This document shows, in pieces, positions 52,509 through 62,364 of a DNA stretch of 64,000 nt. The first letter of the stretch is position 1. Every line of letters starts with the position of its first letter. The position numbers were made by a program, and so were the translations under genes. The notes under the pieces are model-generated. The model saw only the letters and a list, made by a program, of their open reading frames with translations. It ran no database searches and had not been told where the DNA came from. This DNA is from an uncultured Chloroflexia bacterium (GTDB lineage: Bacteria; Chloroflexota; Limnocylindria; QHBO01): assembly GCA_963827475.1 (NCBI GenBank), contig CAWHAZ010000005.1:908817-972816 (forward strand). The letters are read 5' to 3'.

Positions 52509-52731
52509 TCAGACCGTCTGGAGGTACAGCGCCAGCACGGAGAAGATGACCCACAGGCCGGCGAGCACGATCGTGAGGCGGAACAGGGTCCGCTCGATGC
52601 CACGACGGCTGCGATAGGCGGTGACCTCGCCACCGAAGGCGCCCCCCACCCCGGCGCCCCGCTGCTGGAGCAGGATGGCGACGGTGAGGGCCACGGCCAG
52701 GATCGACTGGACGAGGGTCAGGGCGTTCATG
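52509..52731 (-). CDS. secG: Preprotein translocase subunit SecG
   Basis: About 73 aa with two TM helices and the LLQQ.....GGAFGG motif. Confidence 0.85.
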
Positions 52732-52740
52732 CGGCCGGCA

Positions 52741-52748
52741 GTATAGGG
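52741..52748 (-). promoter_or_regulatory. -10-like TATACT 9 nt before the secG ATG (leaderless transcript predicted)
   Basis: The spacing leaves no room for an SD sequence. Confidence 0.4.
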
Positions 52749-52753
52749 CACGC

Positions 52754-54300
52754 TCAGCCGGGAGCGGCTGGGGCCAGCAGGCTGCGACCGGTCATCCGCG
52801 GACCGATGTCGATGCCGAGCAGCTCGCACAGCGTCGGGGCGACGTCGGCCAGGGTCCCGTCGCGCAGCCGCGCTCCCCGCCAGGGCTCGCCGATCACGAC
52901 GATCGGCACGTCGGCCGTCGTGTGCGCGGTGTGCGGCTGGCCGTCGGCGTCCCGCATCCGCTCCACGTTGCCGTGGTCGGCGGTCACGACCAGGGCCCCG
53001 CCGGCGGCGAGCACCGCGGCCTCCGCCCGCGCGAGGCAGGCGTCGACGACCCCGAGCGCGGTCTGGGCAGCGTCCCAGGCGCCGGTATGGCCGACCATGT
53101 CCGGGTTGGCATAGTTCACGACGATGAACGCGGCGGCGCCGCTCGCCACGGCTTCGACCAGGTGGCCGGTGATCGCGTCGGCGCTCATCTCCGGAGCGAG
53201 GTCGTAGGTCGGCACGTCGCGACGGGACGGCACGAGAATCCGATCCTCCCCGGGGAACGGCTCCTCGATCCCGCCGTTGAAGAAGTACGTGACGTGGGCG
53301 TATTTCTCGGTTTCGGCCAGGTGGAGCTGGCGCAGGCCGAGGCGCGACAGGTGGGCGGCGAGGCCATCGGCGATCACCGGCCCGAAGGCCACCGCGACTG
53401 GCAGCACGGCCGGATCCTGGTACTCGGTCAGGGTCGTGACCGATACCTCCGCCGGCGCCTCGCCCCGGTCGAAGGCGGCGAACGACCGGCTGGGCGAGCG
53501 CCTGGGTCAGCTGCCGCGCCCGGTCGGCGCGGAAGTTCAGGTGGACGATGGCGTCGCCGGGGCCGAGCCCTGCACCGGGCAGGATCACGGTGGGCTCGAT
53601 GAACTCGTCCCCGGTCCCCGAGGCGTAGGCCGCGGCGACCGCGGCCGGGCCGTTGGGCGCGGCGAGGCCCACGCCGTGGACGATCGCTTCGTACGCGCGC
53701 TGCGTCCGGTCCCAGCGGCCGTCTCGATCCATCGCCCAGTAGCGGCCCGAGACGGTCGCGAGGGTCGCCCGGCCGTCGAGCTGGCTGAGCAGGGCCGGGA
53801 GGAGGACGGCGGCGGAACGGGGTGGCGTGTCACGCCCGTCGGTGAAGGCGTGGAGCAGCACGCGGTCGGGCGCGAGTCCCTCAGCGTGAGCGAGGTCCGC
53901 CATGGCCACGATGTGCTCGTCAACGGCATGGATCCCGCCCGGTCCGATGAGCGCGAGCAGGTGCAGCCTGCCCGCATGGTCCAGGGCGTGGCGCACGGCC
54001 GCCAGCAGGGCGGGGTTGGCCGCAAACGACCCATCAGCGATCGCGCGGCTGATCCGGGGCAGGTCCTGGAGGACCGGGAAGCCGGCGCCCAGGTTCAGGT
54101 GGCCGACCTCGCTGTTCCCCATCTGCCCGGCCGGCAGGCCGACCGCTTCGCCGGCCGCGGCGAGCCGCGCATGGGGCCACTCCGCCCACAGCCGGCGCCA
54201 GGTCGGCATGTCGGCGGCCGCCACCGCGTCGGCGGCCGGGTCGTCACCGATCCCGAAGCCGTCAAGGACGCACAGGACGACGGGTCGGACGCCCGCCATC
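52754..54300 (-). CDS. gpmI: 2,3-bisphosphoglycerate-independent phosphoglycerate mutase, with one frameshift near 53420-53480
   Basis: N-terminal phosphatase domain (VLCVLDGFG...MGNSEVGHLNLGAG) and the C-terminal ADHGN motif lie in different frames. Confidence 0.8.
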
Positions 54301-54321
54301 AGGGAAGGCGGCTCCGGCGCG

Positions 54322-55100
54322 TCACGCGGCCGCGGCGCGGACGATGGCGGCAAATGCCCGAGCATCGAGGGATGCGCCCCCGACCAGCGCCCCGTCGACG
54401 TCGGGCCGGGAGAAGTAGTCCGCGGCAAGCTCGGGAGCGACGCTGCCGCCGTACAGGATCCGGGTCTCCGCCGCGCCCGCCGGGTCGACCTCGGCCAGGA
54501 GGGAGCGGATGAGGGCCGCGCCGGCCTGGGCGTCCTCGCCGGTCGCGGCGTCGCCGGTGCCGATCGCCCACACCGGCTCGTAGGCCACCACCAGGCGACT
54601 GCCGACGATGCCGGACAGTCGCGAGACGGCTGCCCGAACCTGCCGCTCGATCACCGTGGCCGTGTCCTGGATGCGTCGCTCGTCGGCTGTCTCCCCCACC
54701 GCGGCAATCGGGCACCAGGCCGTGGGCGACCGCGCTGGCGACCTTGGCCGCCACGTCGGCATCGGACTCGCCGAACAGGTGCCGGCGCTCCGAATGGCCG
54801 ACGATCGACGTACCGCGCGACGCCCGCCAGCATCGCGGGCGAGATCTCCCCGGTGAAGGCGCCGCTGTCCTCGGCGTGCATCGTCTGGGCGCCGACGCCC
54901 ACCCCGGACCCATCCAGGGCCGCAGCGACGTCGCGCAGCCAGATCGCCGGCGGGCAGACGACGACCTCCACCCGCTCGTCCGCGGCCACGCTGGCCGTGT
55001 GCTCGGCGACGGCCGCGGCCAGGGCAAGCGCGGCGGCGCGATCGGTCGGATGCATCTTCCAGTTGCCGGCGACCAGCGGCCGGCGCGGCGCGGTGGTCAT
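54322..55100 (-). CDS. tpiA: Triosephosphate isomerase, split by 2 frameshifts (~54800 and ~54700)
   Basis: AGNWKMH, IVGHSERR and AYEPVWAIGTG / ILYGGSV motifs are distributed over three frames. One shift site reads cccGattgcc where cccattgcc would restore ...PIAAVGETADE. Confidence 0.8.
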
Positions 55101-55110
55101 GGGCGGTGCC

Positions 55111-55926
55111 TCACCCCGCCAGCTGCTCGATGCGCCGCAGGCGATGGTGGACGGCCGACCGGCCCAGGCCAAGCGCGGCGGCGAGGGCCTCGAGGTCGGC
55201 CTCGGGATGGGCGCGCCGGGCATCGGCCACGGCCCGCAGGCCGGGCGACAGGTCCGCCAGCCGGCCGTCCGCCTCCAGGCGCTCGATGGCCCGCAGCTGG
55301 CGCTCCGCGGCCCGCACCGTCCGGTTCACGTTCGCCGCTTCCGCGTTCAGCAGCCGGTTCAGCCGGTTCTGGACGTCGTGCCCGACCCGCTCCGACTCCA
55401 GCTCGAGCAACGCGCCGTGGGCGCCGGTCAGCTGGAGCAGTGCGGCGACCTGCTCGCGCCCCTTGACGTAGACCACGGCCCGACCTCGGCGGTCGTAGGC
55501 CGCGCCATGGATCCCGCTCGCCGCCAGGCGGCGCTGGAGGGTCCGCGCCCGGGATCGCGAGCGGAAGACGAACTCGACATGGGGGCCGGTCCGCGCGAAC
55601 GAGAGCGACCCGCTGCCGAGGACCACGCCGCGGAGAAACGCCTGCCGGTCGTGAGCGGCCGCCGTGGACCAGCTCCATCGGTCGGTGCTGCCCGCGTCGA
55701 GGACGGCGAGGTGGTGGCGCGTTCCCGAGCCGCGGTCGGCGGAGCGGGTGACGTCCCGGCCGGCCCCCAGTCGAACCGCGACTCGAACGGTGGACGGGTC
55801 CAGCGAACGGATGGCCCCGTCCGCGAACCGAAGGCCGGCGAGCTCCGCCGCGCGACAGCAGGCCCGCGCCGGTTCGATGCGGGCCAGCTCCCCCTTCACG
55901 TCACGGGCAGGACGCATCCGCGTCAG
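55111..55926 (-). CDS. whiA: DNA-binding cell-division/sporulation regulator WhiA
   Basis: VKGELARIEPARACCRAAELAGLRFADG N-terminus and a C-terminal HTH (LGLGRSAVHHRLRRIE). Confidence 0.85.
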   Translation of the reverse strand: MTRMRPARDVKGELARIEPARACCRAAELAGLRFADGAIRSLDPSTVRVAVRLGAGRDVTRSADRGSGTRHHLAVLDAGSTDRWSWSTAAAHDRQAFLRGVVLGSGSLSFARTGPHVEFVFRSRSRARTLQRRLAASGIHGAAYDRRGRAVVYVKGREQVAALLQLTGAHGALLELESERVGHDVQNRLNRLLNAEAANVNRTVRAAERQLRAIERLEADGRLADLSPGLRAVADARRAHPEADLEALAAALGLGRSAVHHRLRRIEQLAG

Positions 55927-57239
55927 CTGGCCGTGGCCACCGGTCGCCGGATGCGGTGTCGCTGGCGGGCGGGACGATCCTCCTGGAGCAGGCGGAGCAG
56001 GACGGCCGCCAGCTTGTCGGGGTCGTGGTGGTGGGCGTTCTGGTCGTCGACGACGTCGTCCTCGATGACGACGACCGGCAGCTCCTCGAGGTTGCGGCTG
56101 TCGAGCTGGACCGGCTGGCCCTGCCACCCGGACGGTCGGCGGGCGGATCGGTTCCGATTCAGGAGGACCATGTCGACCAGCTCGTCACCGGCATGGTCGA
56201 ACAGCGCGGTCAGGTGCTGCGAGGCGGTGAAGCCGCCGGTCTCGCCGGGCTGGGTGGCGACGTTGCAGACGTAGACCCGCAGGCCCTCGGCGGCGGAGAG
56301 CGCGTCGTGGATGTCGCTGATCAGCAGGTTCGGCATCACGCTGGAGTAGAGGCTGCCCGGACCGATGACCACCAGGTCCGCCTCGAGGATCCGCTCCAGC
56401 GCCTCCGGGTTGGCCCGGACGTCGGGCGGGTCGATCTGGACCCGGGTGATCGGCTCCGTGGCCTGGCTCACCGCCGCCTGCCCGCTCAGGAATCGCCCTG
56501 ACGCGAGGCGGGCCGTGAGGTTGAGCGGCACGCTGGTGGCGGGCAGGACCTGGCCGCGCACGGCGAGGACGCGGTTCGACTCGCGGACCGCCTCGTCGAA
56601 GTCGCCGGTGACCGCGGTCATGGCCGCGATGAACAGGTTGCCGAAGGCGTGGTCGTCCAGGCCGGATCCCGGCGGGAATCGGTACTGCATGAGCTGGGTC
56701 ATGAGCGGCTCCGCATCGGCCAGGGCGGCGATGCAGTTCCGGATGTCCCCGGGAGGTACGATCCCCAGCTGCTGGCGGAGCCGACCGCTGCTGCCCCCGT
56801 CGTCGGCCACGGCCACGACCGCGGTGATGTTGGCCGAGTAGGCCTTCAGCCCGCGGAGCAGCGTCGACAGGCCGGTGCCGCCGCCGAGAGCCACGATCCG
56901 CGGCCCGCGGGCGAGGTAGCGCTTGGTGTAGAGCACCTCCATCACCGAGTCGCCGCTGGTCACGAATGGCGACACGAGGCTGTGCATGAGCTTCCACAGC
57001 CCGAACCCGGTGAGGAATACCCCGACCGTGATCACGATCGCGGCCCGGATCTCGCGCTCCAGCTCGGCGCCGAGGAGGGCGGCGATCTCGGGGAACTCGA
57101 TGATGGCCTGGCGGTAGACCTCGATCACGAGGATCGCCGCGCCGATGGCCAGGATCGTCAGCCCGACCAGGACGGCACCCAGCCAGCGCTTGATGTGCAT
57201 GCCGGGGTAGAGCCATGGCGGGAACCGGCGTCCGGTCAT
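55923..57239 (-). CDS. YvcK/CofD-like gluconeogenesis factor (UPF0052) with an N-terminal TM extension
   Basis: IVALGGGTGLSTLLRGLK and AVVAVADDGGSSGRLR motifs; ATGA overlap with the whiA start. Confidence 0.85.
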   Translation of the reverse strand: MTGRRFPPWLYPGMHIKRWLGAVLVGLTILAIGAAILVIEVYRQAIIEFPEIAALLGAELEREIRAAIVITVGVFLTGFGLWKLMHSLVSPFVTSGDSVMEVLYTKRYLARGPRIVALGGGTGLSTLLRGLKAYSANITAVVAVADDGGSSGRLRQQLGIVPPGDIRNCIAALADAEPLMTQLMQYRFPPGSGLDDHAFGNLFIAAMTAVTGDFDEAVRESNRVLAVRGQVLPATSVPLNLTARLASGRFLSGQAAVSQATEPITRVQIDPPDVRANPEALERILEADLVVIGPGSLYSSVMPNLLISDIHDALSAAEGLRVYVCNVATQPGETGGFTASQHLTALFDHAGDELVDMVLLNRNRSARRPSGWQGQPVQLDSRNLEELPVVVIEDDVVDDQNAHHHDPDKLAAVLLRLLQEDRPARQRHRIRRPVATAS

Positions 57240-57730
57240 CGGCGCAACTCCCGGTGAATGACCGATACCGACGCGCCTTCCAGGCCGCCGAGGCGGCGGG
57301 CGAGCTCCTCGGCGAGGGCGATCGACCGGTGGTAGCCGCCGGTGCAGCCGAGGGCCACGACCAGGCGGTCCCGGCCCGCCTCTCGGTATGCCGGCACGGT
57401 CAGCTCGAGGAGCTGGACGACGAGGTCGAGGAACCGGCCAGCCTGGGGCTGGTCGAGGACGAAGCGGCGCACCTCGGCCGTCAGCCCGGACAGCGGCTGG
57501 AGCTCAGGGATCCAGAACGGGTTGGTCAGGAAGCGGACGTCGAACACGAGGTCGACCTTGGGCGGCAGGCCGTACTTGAAGCCAAACGTCACGATCTCGA
57601 CCGCGAGCGTGGCGGGCTTGGCGCTGCGAGCGGGCTGTTCCGCCGTCGCGGGCACGGTCGTCGACCGGCGCGGCCGAGAGCGCCGCGTCGGGCGATCTGC
57701 GGGAGCCACCGAGGCCCGTCGGGTCGACAC
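57236..57730 (-). CDS. rapZ: RapZ C-terminal-domain-only protein (N-terminal P-loop domain absent)
   Basis: FGFKYG, FDVRFLTNPFWIPEL and ALGCTGGYHRSIALAEELA motifs are present. No Walker A is found in any frame upstream. A GTG at 57730 lies 7 nt after a TATACT -10. Confidence 0.65.
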   Translation of the reverse strand: MSTRRASVAPADRPTRRSRPRRSTTVPATAEQPARSAKPATLAVEIVTFGFKYGLPPKVDLVFDVRFLTNPFWIPELQPLSGLTAEVRRFVLDQPQAGRFLDLVVQLLELTVPAYREAGRDRLVVALGCTGGYHRSIALAEELARRLGGLEGASVSVIHRELRR

Positions 57731-57737
57731 CGTTCCG

Positions 57738-57745
57738 AGTATAGC
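57738..57745 (-). promoter_or_regulatory. -10-like TATACT 7 nt before the GTG of the rapZ C-domain gene (leaderless)
   Basis: gggcTATACTcggaacgGTG lies immediately after the HDAC stop codon. Confidence 0.4.
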
Positions 57746-57747
57746 CC

Positions 57748-58722
57748 TCAGTTCCCACGATTCCCGTTCGGCAGGGAGGCCAATCCGGCGAGCAGGCCGG
57801 TGACGGTGGCCGCGGCCGATGCCCGCAGCGCGTCGAGGTCGTAGCCGCCCTCGAGGGCCACGGCCACGCCGGCCAGGCCCGCCCTGCCGGCTGCCTCCCC
57901 CACCGCGTGGGCCACCTCCCCGAAGCCGTGCTCGGTGACCTCCAGCCCGGCCAGCGGGTCGTCGCGATGGGCGTCGTAGCCGGCCGAAACGAGGATCGCG
58001 TCCGGGCCAAACGCCTCGACCCGGGGCAGGATCGTGTCGCGCCAGGCGGCCACGAACCCCTCGTCGCCCGTCCCGGCCGCCAGCGGGACGTTGAGCAGCG
58101 TCTCGCCCTGGTCGAACGTGGAGCCGGTGCCCGGGTACCACGGGTACTGGTGGGTCGAGGCGTAGAAGACGTCCGGATCGTTCGCGAACAGCGCTTCCGA
58201 TCCGTCGCCATGGTGCACGTCCCAGTCGAGGACGGCGACCCGCTCCGCGGCGTGGGCGGCGCGGAGCGCGGCCACGGCAACCGCCACGTTGTTCAGGAGG
58301 CAGAACCCCTTGCCGCCTTCGCGGCCCGCGTGGTGCCCCGGCGGCCGGACCGCGGCGAACGCAACCGCGGCCTCGCCCCGAGCGGCCGCCAGCGCAGCCT
58401 CCACGGTGAGCCCGGCCGCAACCATCGCCGCGGTCGACGACTCCGCGACCACGTACGTGTCGGCATCGAGCCAGCCGGCCGTCTCGACGCCGCCGGCCAG
58501 CCAGGCCACGTACCGCGGATCGTGCACCGAGGCCAGCAGATCGATCGGCGCCGGTTCCGCCGTCCGCTGGACGAGATCGGCGCCGGCCGTGCGAGCTCCT
58601 TCCGCCACCCCGGCCAGGACGGGAGCGATCCGCTCCGGTCGCTCCGGATGCCCCGGCCAGGCGTGGCCGGCCAGGGCGGAATCGGTCAGCAGGAGGACGG
58701 TCGGACGCTCACGGCTCGTCAT
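57748..58722 (-). CDS. Histone deacetylase/acetoin-utilization (AcuC)-family deacetylase
   Basis: PPGHHA and DWDVHHGDG motifs; arginase/deacetylase fold. Confidence 0.85.
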   Translation of the reverse strand: MTSRERPTVLLLTDSALAGHAWPGHPERPERIAPVLAGVAEGARTAGADLVQRTAEPAPIDLLASVHDPRYVAWLAGGVETAGWLDADTYVVAESSTAAMVAAGLTVEAALAAARGEAAVAFAAVRPPGHHAGREGGKGFCLLNNVAVAVAALRAAHAAERVAVLDWDVHHGDGSEALFANDPDVFYASTHQYPWYPGTGSTFDQGETLLNVPLAAGTGDEGFVAAWRDTILPRVEAFGPDAILVSAGYDAHRDDPLAGLEVTEHGFGEVAHAVGEAAGRAGLAGVAVALEGGYDLDALRASAAATVTGLLAGLASLPNGNRGN

Positions 58723-59452
58723 CGGTTTGGATCCCGCTTGACCGAGGCCGCATGCCTCGGACCACGACCAGGGTGCCCTCGAACAGGCCGTACATCAGGA
58801 GGGCCAGGATGACCATCGAGAAGGGGTCGCCACCCGGGGTCGCGACCGCCGACACGATCGCAATGATCAGGATGGCCCACCGCCGGCGGGAAGCGAGCCA
58901 TTTCGGAGTGACGATCCCGAGTCGGACGAGGACGACGAGCACGACCGGGAACTGGAGCATCAGCCCGAACACGATCAGCAGGGTGGTGACGAAGCCGATG
59001 TACTCCTCCAGGATCGGGAATGGCTGGATCCCCTCACCGGCGAACCCGAACAGGAAGGTCAGCGCGTACGGCAGCACGAGGTAGCCGATGACGACTCCGA
59101 GGGCGAACAGGAGCAGGCCGGCCACGAGGAACGGCCACAGCAGGCGCTTCTCGCCCGGCATCAGGCCCGGCGTCACGAACTTGTAGAGCTCGAACAGGAT
59201 CACCGGCATGGCGAGCGCGACGCCGACGAAGCCGGCGATCTTCAGGCGGGCGACAAACGCACCGGCCGGGCTGGTGAAGAAGAGGATGTCGAACTCGGTC
59301 GGTAGCGGCGCTCGCAGGATGTTGAGGACCTGCTCCGAGACGATGAAGCCGAGAATGCCGCCGATGAGGATCGCCGCGATGACGATCATCAGCCGCCGGC
59401 GCAGCTCCTCGAGGTGCTCGACCATGGTCATGGCCGAGGCGTCCTGGCTCAT
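58709..59452 (-). CDS. tatC: Sec-independent translocase TatC
   Basis: Six TM helices and a family-wide pattern (EHLEELRRRL...). Confidence 0.88.
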   Translation of the reverse strand: MSQDASAMTMVEHLEELRRRLMIVIAAILIGGILGFIVSEQVLNILRAPLPTEFDILFFTSPAGAFVARLKIAGFVGVALAMPVILFELYKFVTPGLMPGEKRLLWPFLVAGLLLFALGVVIGYLVLPYALTFLFGFAGEGIQPFPILEEYIGFVTTLLIVFGLMLQFPVVLVVLVRLGIVTPKWLASRRRWAILIIAIVSAVATPGGDPFSMVILALLMYGLFEGTLVVVRGMRPRSSGIQTDDEP

Positions 59453-59488
59453 CGGCTCAGGCAGGCCGGGGCGCCGTCAGGCGGGCGG

Positions 59489-59683
59489 TCAGCTCTTCGG
59501 CGTGGTGGTGTCGGACGGCTTCGCGTCGCCCCGGATCGAGTCCTCGATCTCGGAGGAGGCCTTCCGGAACTCGCGAATCCCCTTGCCGATGGCGTTGCCG
59601 ATGTCCGGCAACCGTCCCGGGCCGAAGAGGATGAGCACGATCACCAGGACGATGATGAGCTCGGGGGCTCCGATGGTTGGCAT
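59489..59683 (-). CDS. tatA: Sec-independent translocase TatA/E
   Basis: TM helix plus amphipathic helix ([35 protein letters not shown]). Confidence 0.85.
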   Translation of the reverse strand: MPTIGAPELIIVLVIVLILFGPGRLPDIGNAIGKGIREFRKASSEIEDSIRGDAKPSDTTTPKS

Positions 59684-59700
59684 CTTGCGGCCGACTCTCC

Positions 59701-60537
59701 TCAGCTGGTGGCGCCGAGTGTAGCACCCGCCTTTCGGAGGTCGTCCAGCCACGCCCGGGCCGCCGCGGCCACGCCTTCGCGCCAATCCGGACCCGTCGCC
59801 GCTTCGGCGATGGCGCGCGAGACGTTGACCAGGCCGGGTGCCGCGGATCCATCGCAGCTCTCGACCGCAGCCTGCAGGTCGCCCCCCTGGGCGCCGACGC
59901 CCGGGACGAGGAATCCCGGTGCGGGCACCTCGGACCGCAGGCGGCGGAGCTCCGCGGGATCCGTGGCGCCCACCACCAGGCCGACGCGGCCGTCGGTCCA
60001 TCGCTCGGCGGCCCAGCGCGCGACGGCCGTCGACAGCGGGACGCCGTCGACGGCGAGGTCCTGGAGCCGGCCCGCGCTCGGGTTCGAGGTTCGCGCCAGC
60101 AGGTAGACGAGGCGGCCGGGATAGTCGAGGAACGGCTCGATCGCGTCCTCGCCGAGGTACGGCTGGAGGGTGACCGCGTCCGCTTCCAGGTGACCCATCA
60201 GGGCTTCCGCGTAGCGCTCGGCGGACGGACCGATGTCGCCGCGCTTCGCGTCGAGGATGACGATCGGCCCCGTCGGGATCGCAGCGCGCGTGCGCTCGAG
60301 GGCTGCCCAGCCCGCGGAGCCAAGTGCCTCGAAGTAGGACGTGTTGAGCTTGACCGCCACGACCAGCTCGGCGGCCGCCTCGACCAGGCCGCGCGCGAAG
60401 GACTCGACGCCGGCGGCATCGCGTCCGAGGCCATCGGGCAAGGCGTCGGGGCGCGGATCGATTCCGAGGCACAACGGCGCGCCAATCGCCGCGCGCCGCT
60501 CCCGAAGGCGCTCGAGCGGGGTGGGGCCCTCACTCAT
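59701..60537 (-). CDS. pyrF: Orotidine-5'-phosphate decarboxylase (type 2)
   Basis: VKLNTSYFE and [10 protein letters not shown] motifs; about 278 aa. Confidence 0.85.
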   Translation of the reverse strand: MSEGPTPLERLRERRAAIGAPLCLGIDPRPDALPDGLGRDAAGVESFARGLVEAAAELVVAVKLNTSYFEALGSAGWAALERTRAAIPTGPIVILDAKRGDIGPSAERYAEALMGHLEADAVTLQPYLGEDAIEPFLDYPGRLVYLLARTSNPSAGRLQDLAVDGVPLSTAVARWAAERWTDGRVGLVVGATDPAELRRLRSEVPAPGFLVPGVGAQGGDLQAAVESCDGSAAPGLVNVSRAIAEAATGPDWREGVAAAARAWLDDLRKAGATLGATS

Positions 60538-62294
60538 CCGGCGACCGGGATCGGCTCGAGCGGTGGATGGGCCTTCCGGCGCCGAGCGGCGAGGGGTGAG
60601 GCGTCCGCGGTCGCGTAGTCGATCACCCTCAGCTGGAGCCGGGGCTCGCCGTCCAGCATCCGCGACTCGAGGGTCGCCACCAGGTCGAGCGCGGCGCCGG
60701 CCTCCGGCGTCTCCTGGTCCTCCGCGACCCCGAATGCGATGGCGTCGATCGTCTCGAGCCCCTTCCGCATCCGCATCGAGAGGTGATTCTCGGCGGCGCC
60801 GACCCGTCGTGCGTCGCCGACGGTCAGGCCAGTGACGGCGAGGACCGGCTCGCCATGGCCCGCCCCGTAGGGCGCCAGGCCCTCGAGCTCGGCCAGCAGG
60901 GACCAGCCAACGTAGCGCGCCGGCAGGACGAGATCGACGGGGAGCGCGCCCGGCGGCGTCGGGACGACCGCCTGGTCAGGCGGGTACGGCCGCGGGAGGG
61001 CGGCGAAGGCGGCGGCGAAGGCGTCCCATTGCTCGGGCGCGGCGCTGAACCCGCCGGCTGCCGCGTGCCCGCCCCGCTTGGCGAGGTGCTCTCCGACGGC
61101 ATCGAGCCCGAGCGTGACGTCGAAATCGGCCGGGGCGCGGATCGAGCCGCGGACCTCCGGCTCGACCAGGCTTGCGGCCGCCACCGGGCGGGCCAGCTCG
61201 TCGGACAGTCGACCGGCCACCAGGCCGAGCAGGCCCGCGGGCCAGGCGTCGTCGCGGAGGGCCAGCGGCCCGCTGCCCGGGCGGTCGGCGGCCATACGGC
61301 GCGCGCTTTCGATCGCGATGGTGGTCAGCTCCCGTCGCCGCAGGTGGACCTCCTCCAGCTCGGTGAGCAGGGCCTCGGCCCGTGCCGGGTCGGTGGCGAC
61401 CAGCAGGTCGAGCGCCAGCTCGGCATCGGCAATGCGCCCTGCGGCGTTCAGCCGCGGAACGATGCCGTATCCGACGTCACGCGCCGTCGGCCGCGACGGT
61501 TCCTCCGCGCCCCGCTGGAGCAGGCCCCGCAGTCCGGGATGGGTCGTGGTCGCCAGCTCGGCGAGGCCCATCCGGATGATGGCCCGGCTCTCCCCGATGA
61601 GCGGCGCCACGTCGGCGATGGCCCCGATCGCGGCCAGGGCCGCCAGGTCCGCGGCTTCGACGCCCCGGCGGGCGAGAAGCGCGCTCGCGAGGCGGTACGC
61701 CAGCCCGGCCCCGGTGAGATCGCGGTTCGGGTACGTGCAGTCCGGGCGGTGCGGATCGACGACGGCGACCGCGGCCGGCAGGACAGCCGGCGGCACGTGA
61801 TGGTCGGTCACGACCACGTCCATGCCGAGCTCGTTCGCCACCGCCACCTCGGCCGCGTTGCCGACCCCGCAGTCGCAGGTCACGACCAGCCGCACGCCCT
61901 GCCCGGCCAGCGTCCGGAGTCCCTCCACCGACAGGCCGTAGCCCTCCGCCAGGCGAGAGGGCACGTACCGGATCGGCTCGACCCCGAGTCGACGAAGGGC
62001 GAGCACCCAGATCGCGACCGCGGTCATGCCATCGGCGTCGTAATCGCCCCAGATGGCGATCGTCTCTCCGTGGTCGACGGCGGCCTCGATGCGCTCGAGC
62101 GCGGCATGGGCATCGGTCATCAGGTCCAGCGCGGGGAGATCGGCCGAGCCCGCGTGGAGGAAGGCCGCGGCCTCGGCATCGGTCTGGATCCCGCGTCGAA
62201 CGAGCAGCGTCGCGACCGGGGCGCCGAACCCGGTCAGGGCCGGTGGACGGTCAAGCGGGGGCGGGAGCAACCAGTCGAACCGGGGCCGGATCAT
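60534..62294 (-). CDS. recJ: Single-stranded-DNA-specific exonuclease RecJ
   Basis: DHH motifs (GDYDADGMT, DHH) and a DHHA1 C-terminus. Confidence 0.88.
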   Translation of the reverse strand: MIRPRFDWLLPPPLDRPPALTGFGAPVATLLVRRGIQTDAEAAAFLHAGSADLPALDLMTDAHAALERIEAAVDHGETIAIWGDYDADGMTAVAIWVLALRRLGVEPIRYVPSRLAEGYGLSVEGLRTLAGQGVRLVVTCDCGVGNAAEVAVANELGMDVVVTDHHVPPAVLPAAVAVVDPHRPDCTYPNRDLTGAGLAYRLASALLARRGVEAADLAALAAIGAIADVAPLIGESRAIIRMGLAELATTTHPGLRGLLQRGAEEPSRPTARDVGYGIVPRLNAAGRIADAELALDLLVATDPARAEALLTELEEVHLRRRELTTIAIESARRMAADRPGSGPLALRDDAWPAGLLGLVAGRLSDELARPVAAASLVEPEVRGSIRAPADFDVTLGLDAVGEHLAKRGGHAAAGGFSAAPEQWDAFAAAFAALPRPYPPDQAVVPTPPGALPVDLVLPARYVGWSLLAELEGLAPYGAGHGEPVLAVTGLTVGDARRVGAAENHLSMRMRKGLETIDAIAFGVAEDQETPEAGAALDLVATLESRMLDGEPRLQLRVIDYATADASPLAARRRKAHPPLEPIPVAG

Positions 62295-62364
62295 GCCCGG
62301 CCATGGTAGAGGTGCCCGCTGCTGCCCGACTTACCCCGGCGGCACCGATCGAGAGATGGCGCCG

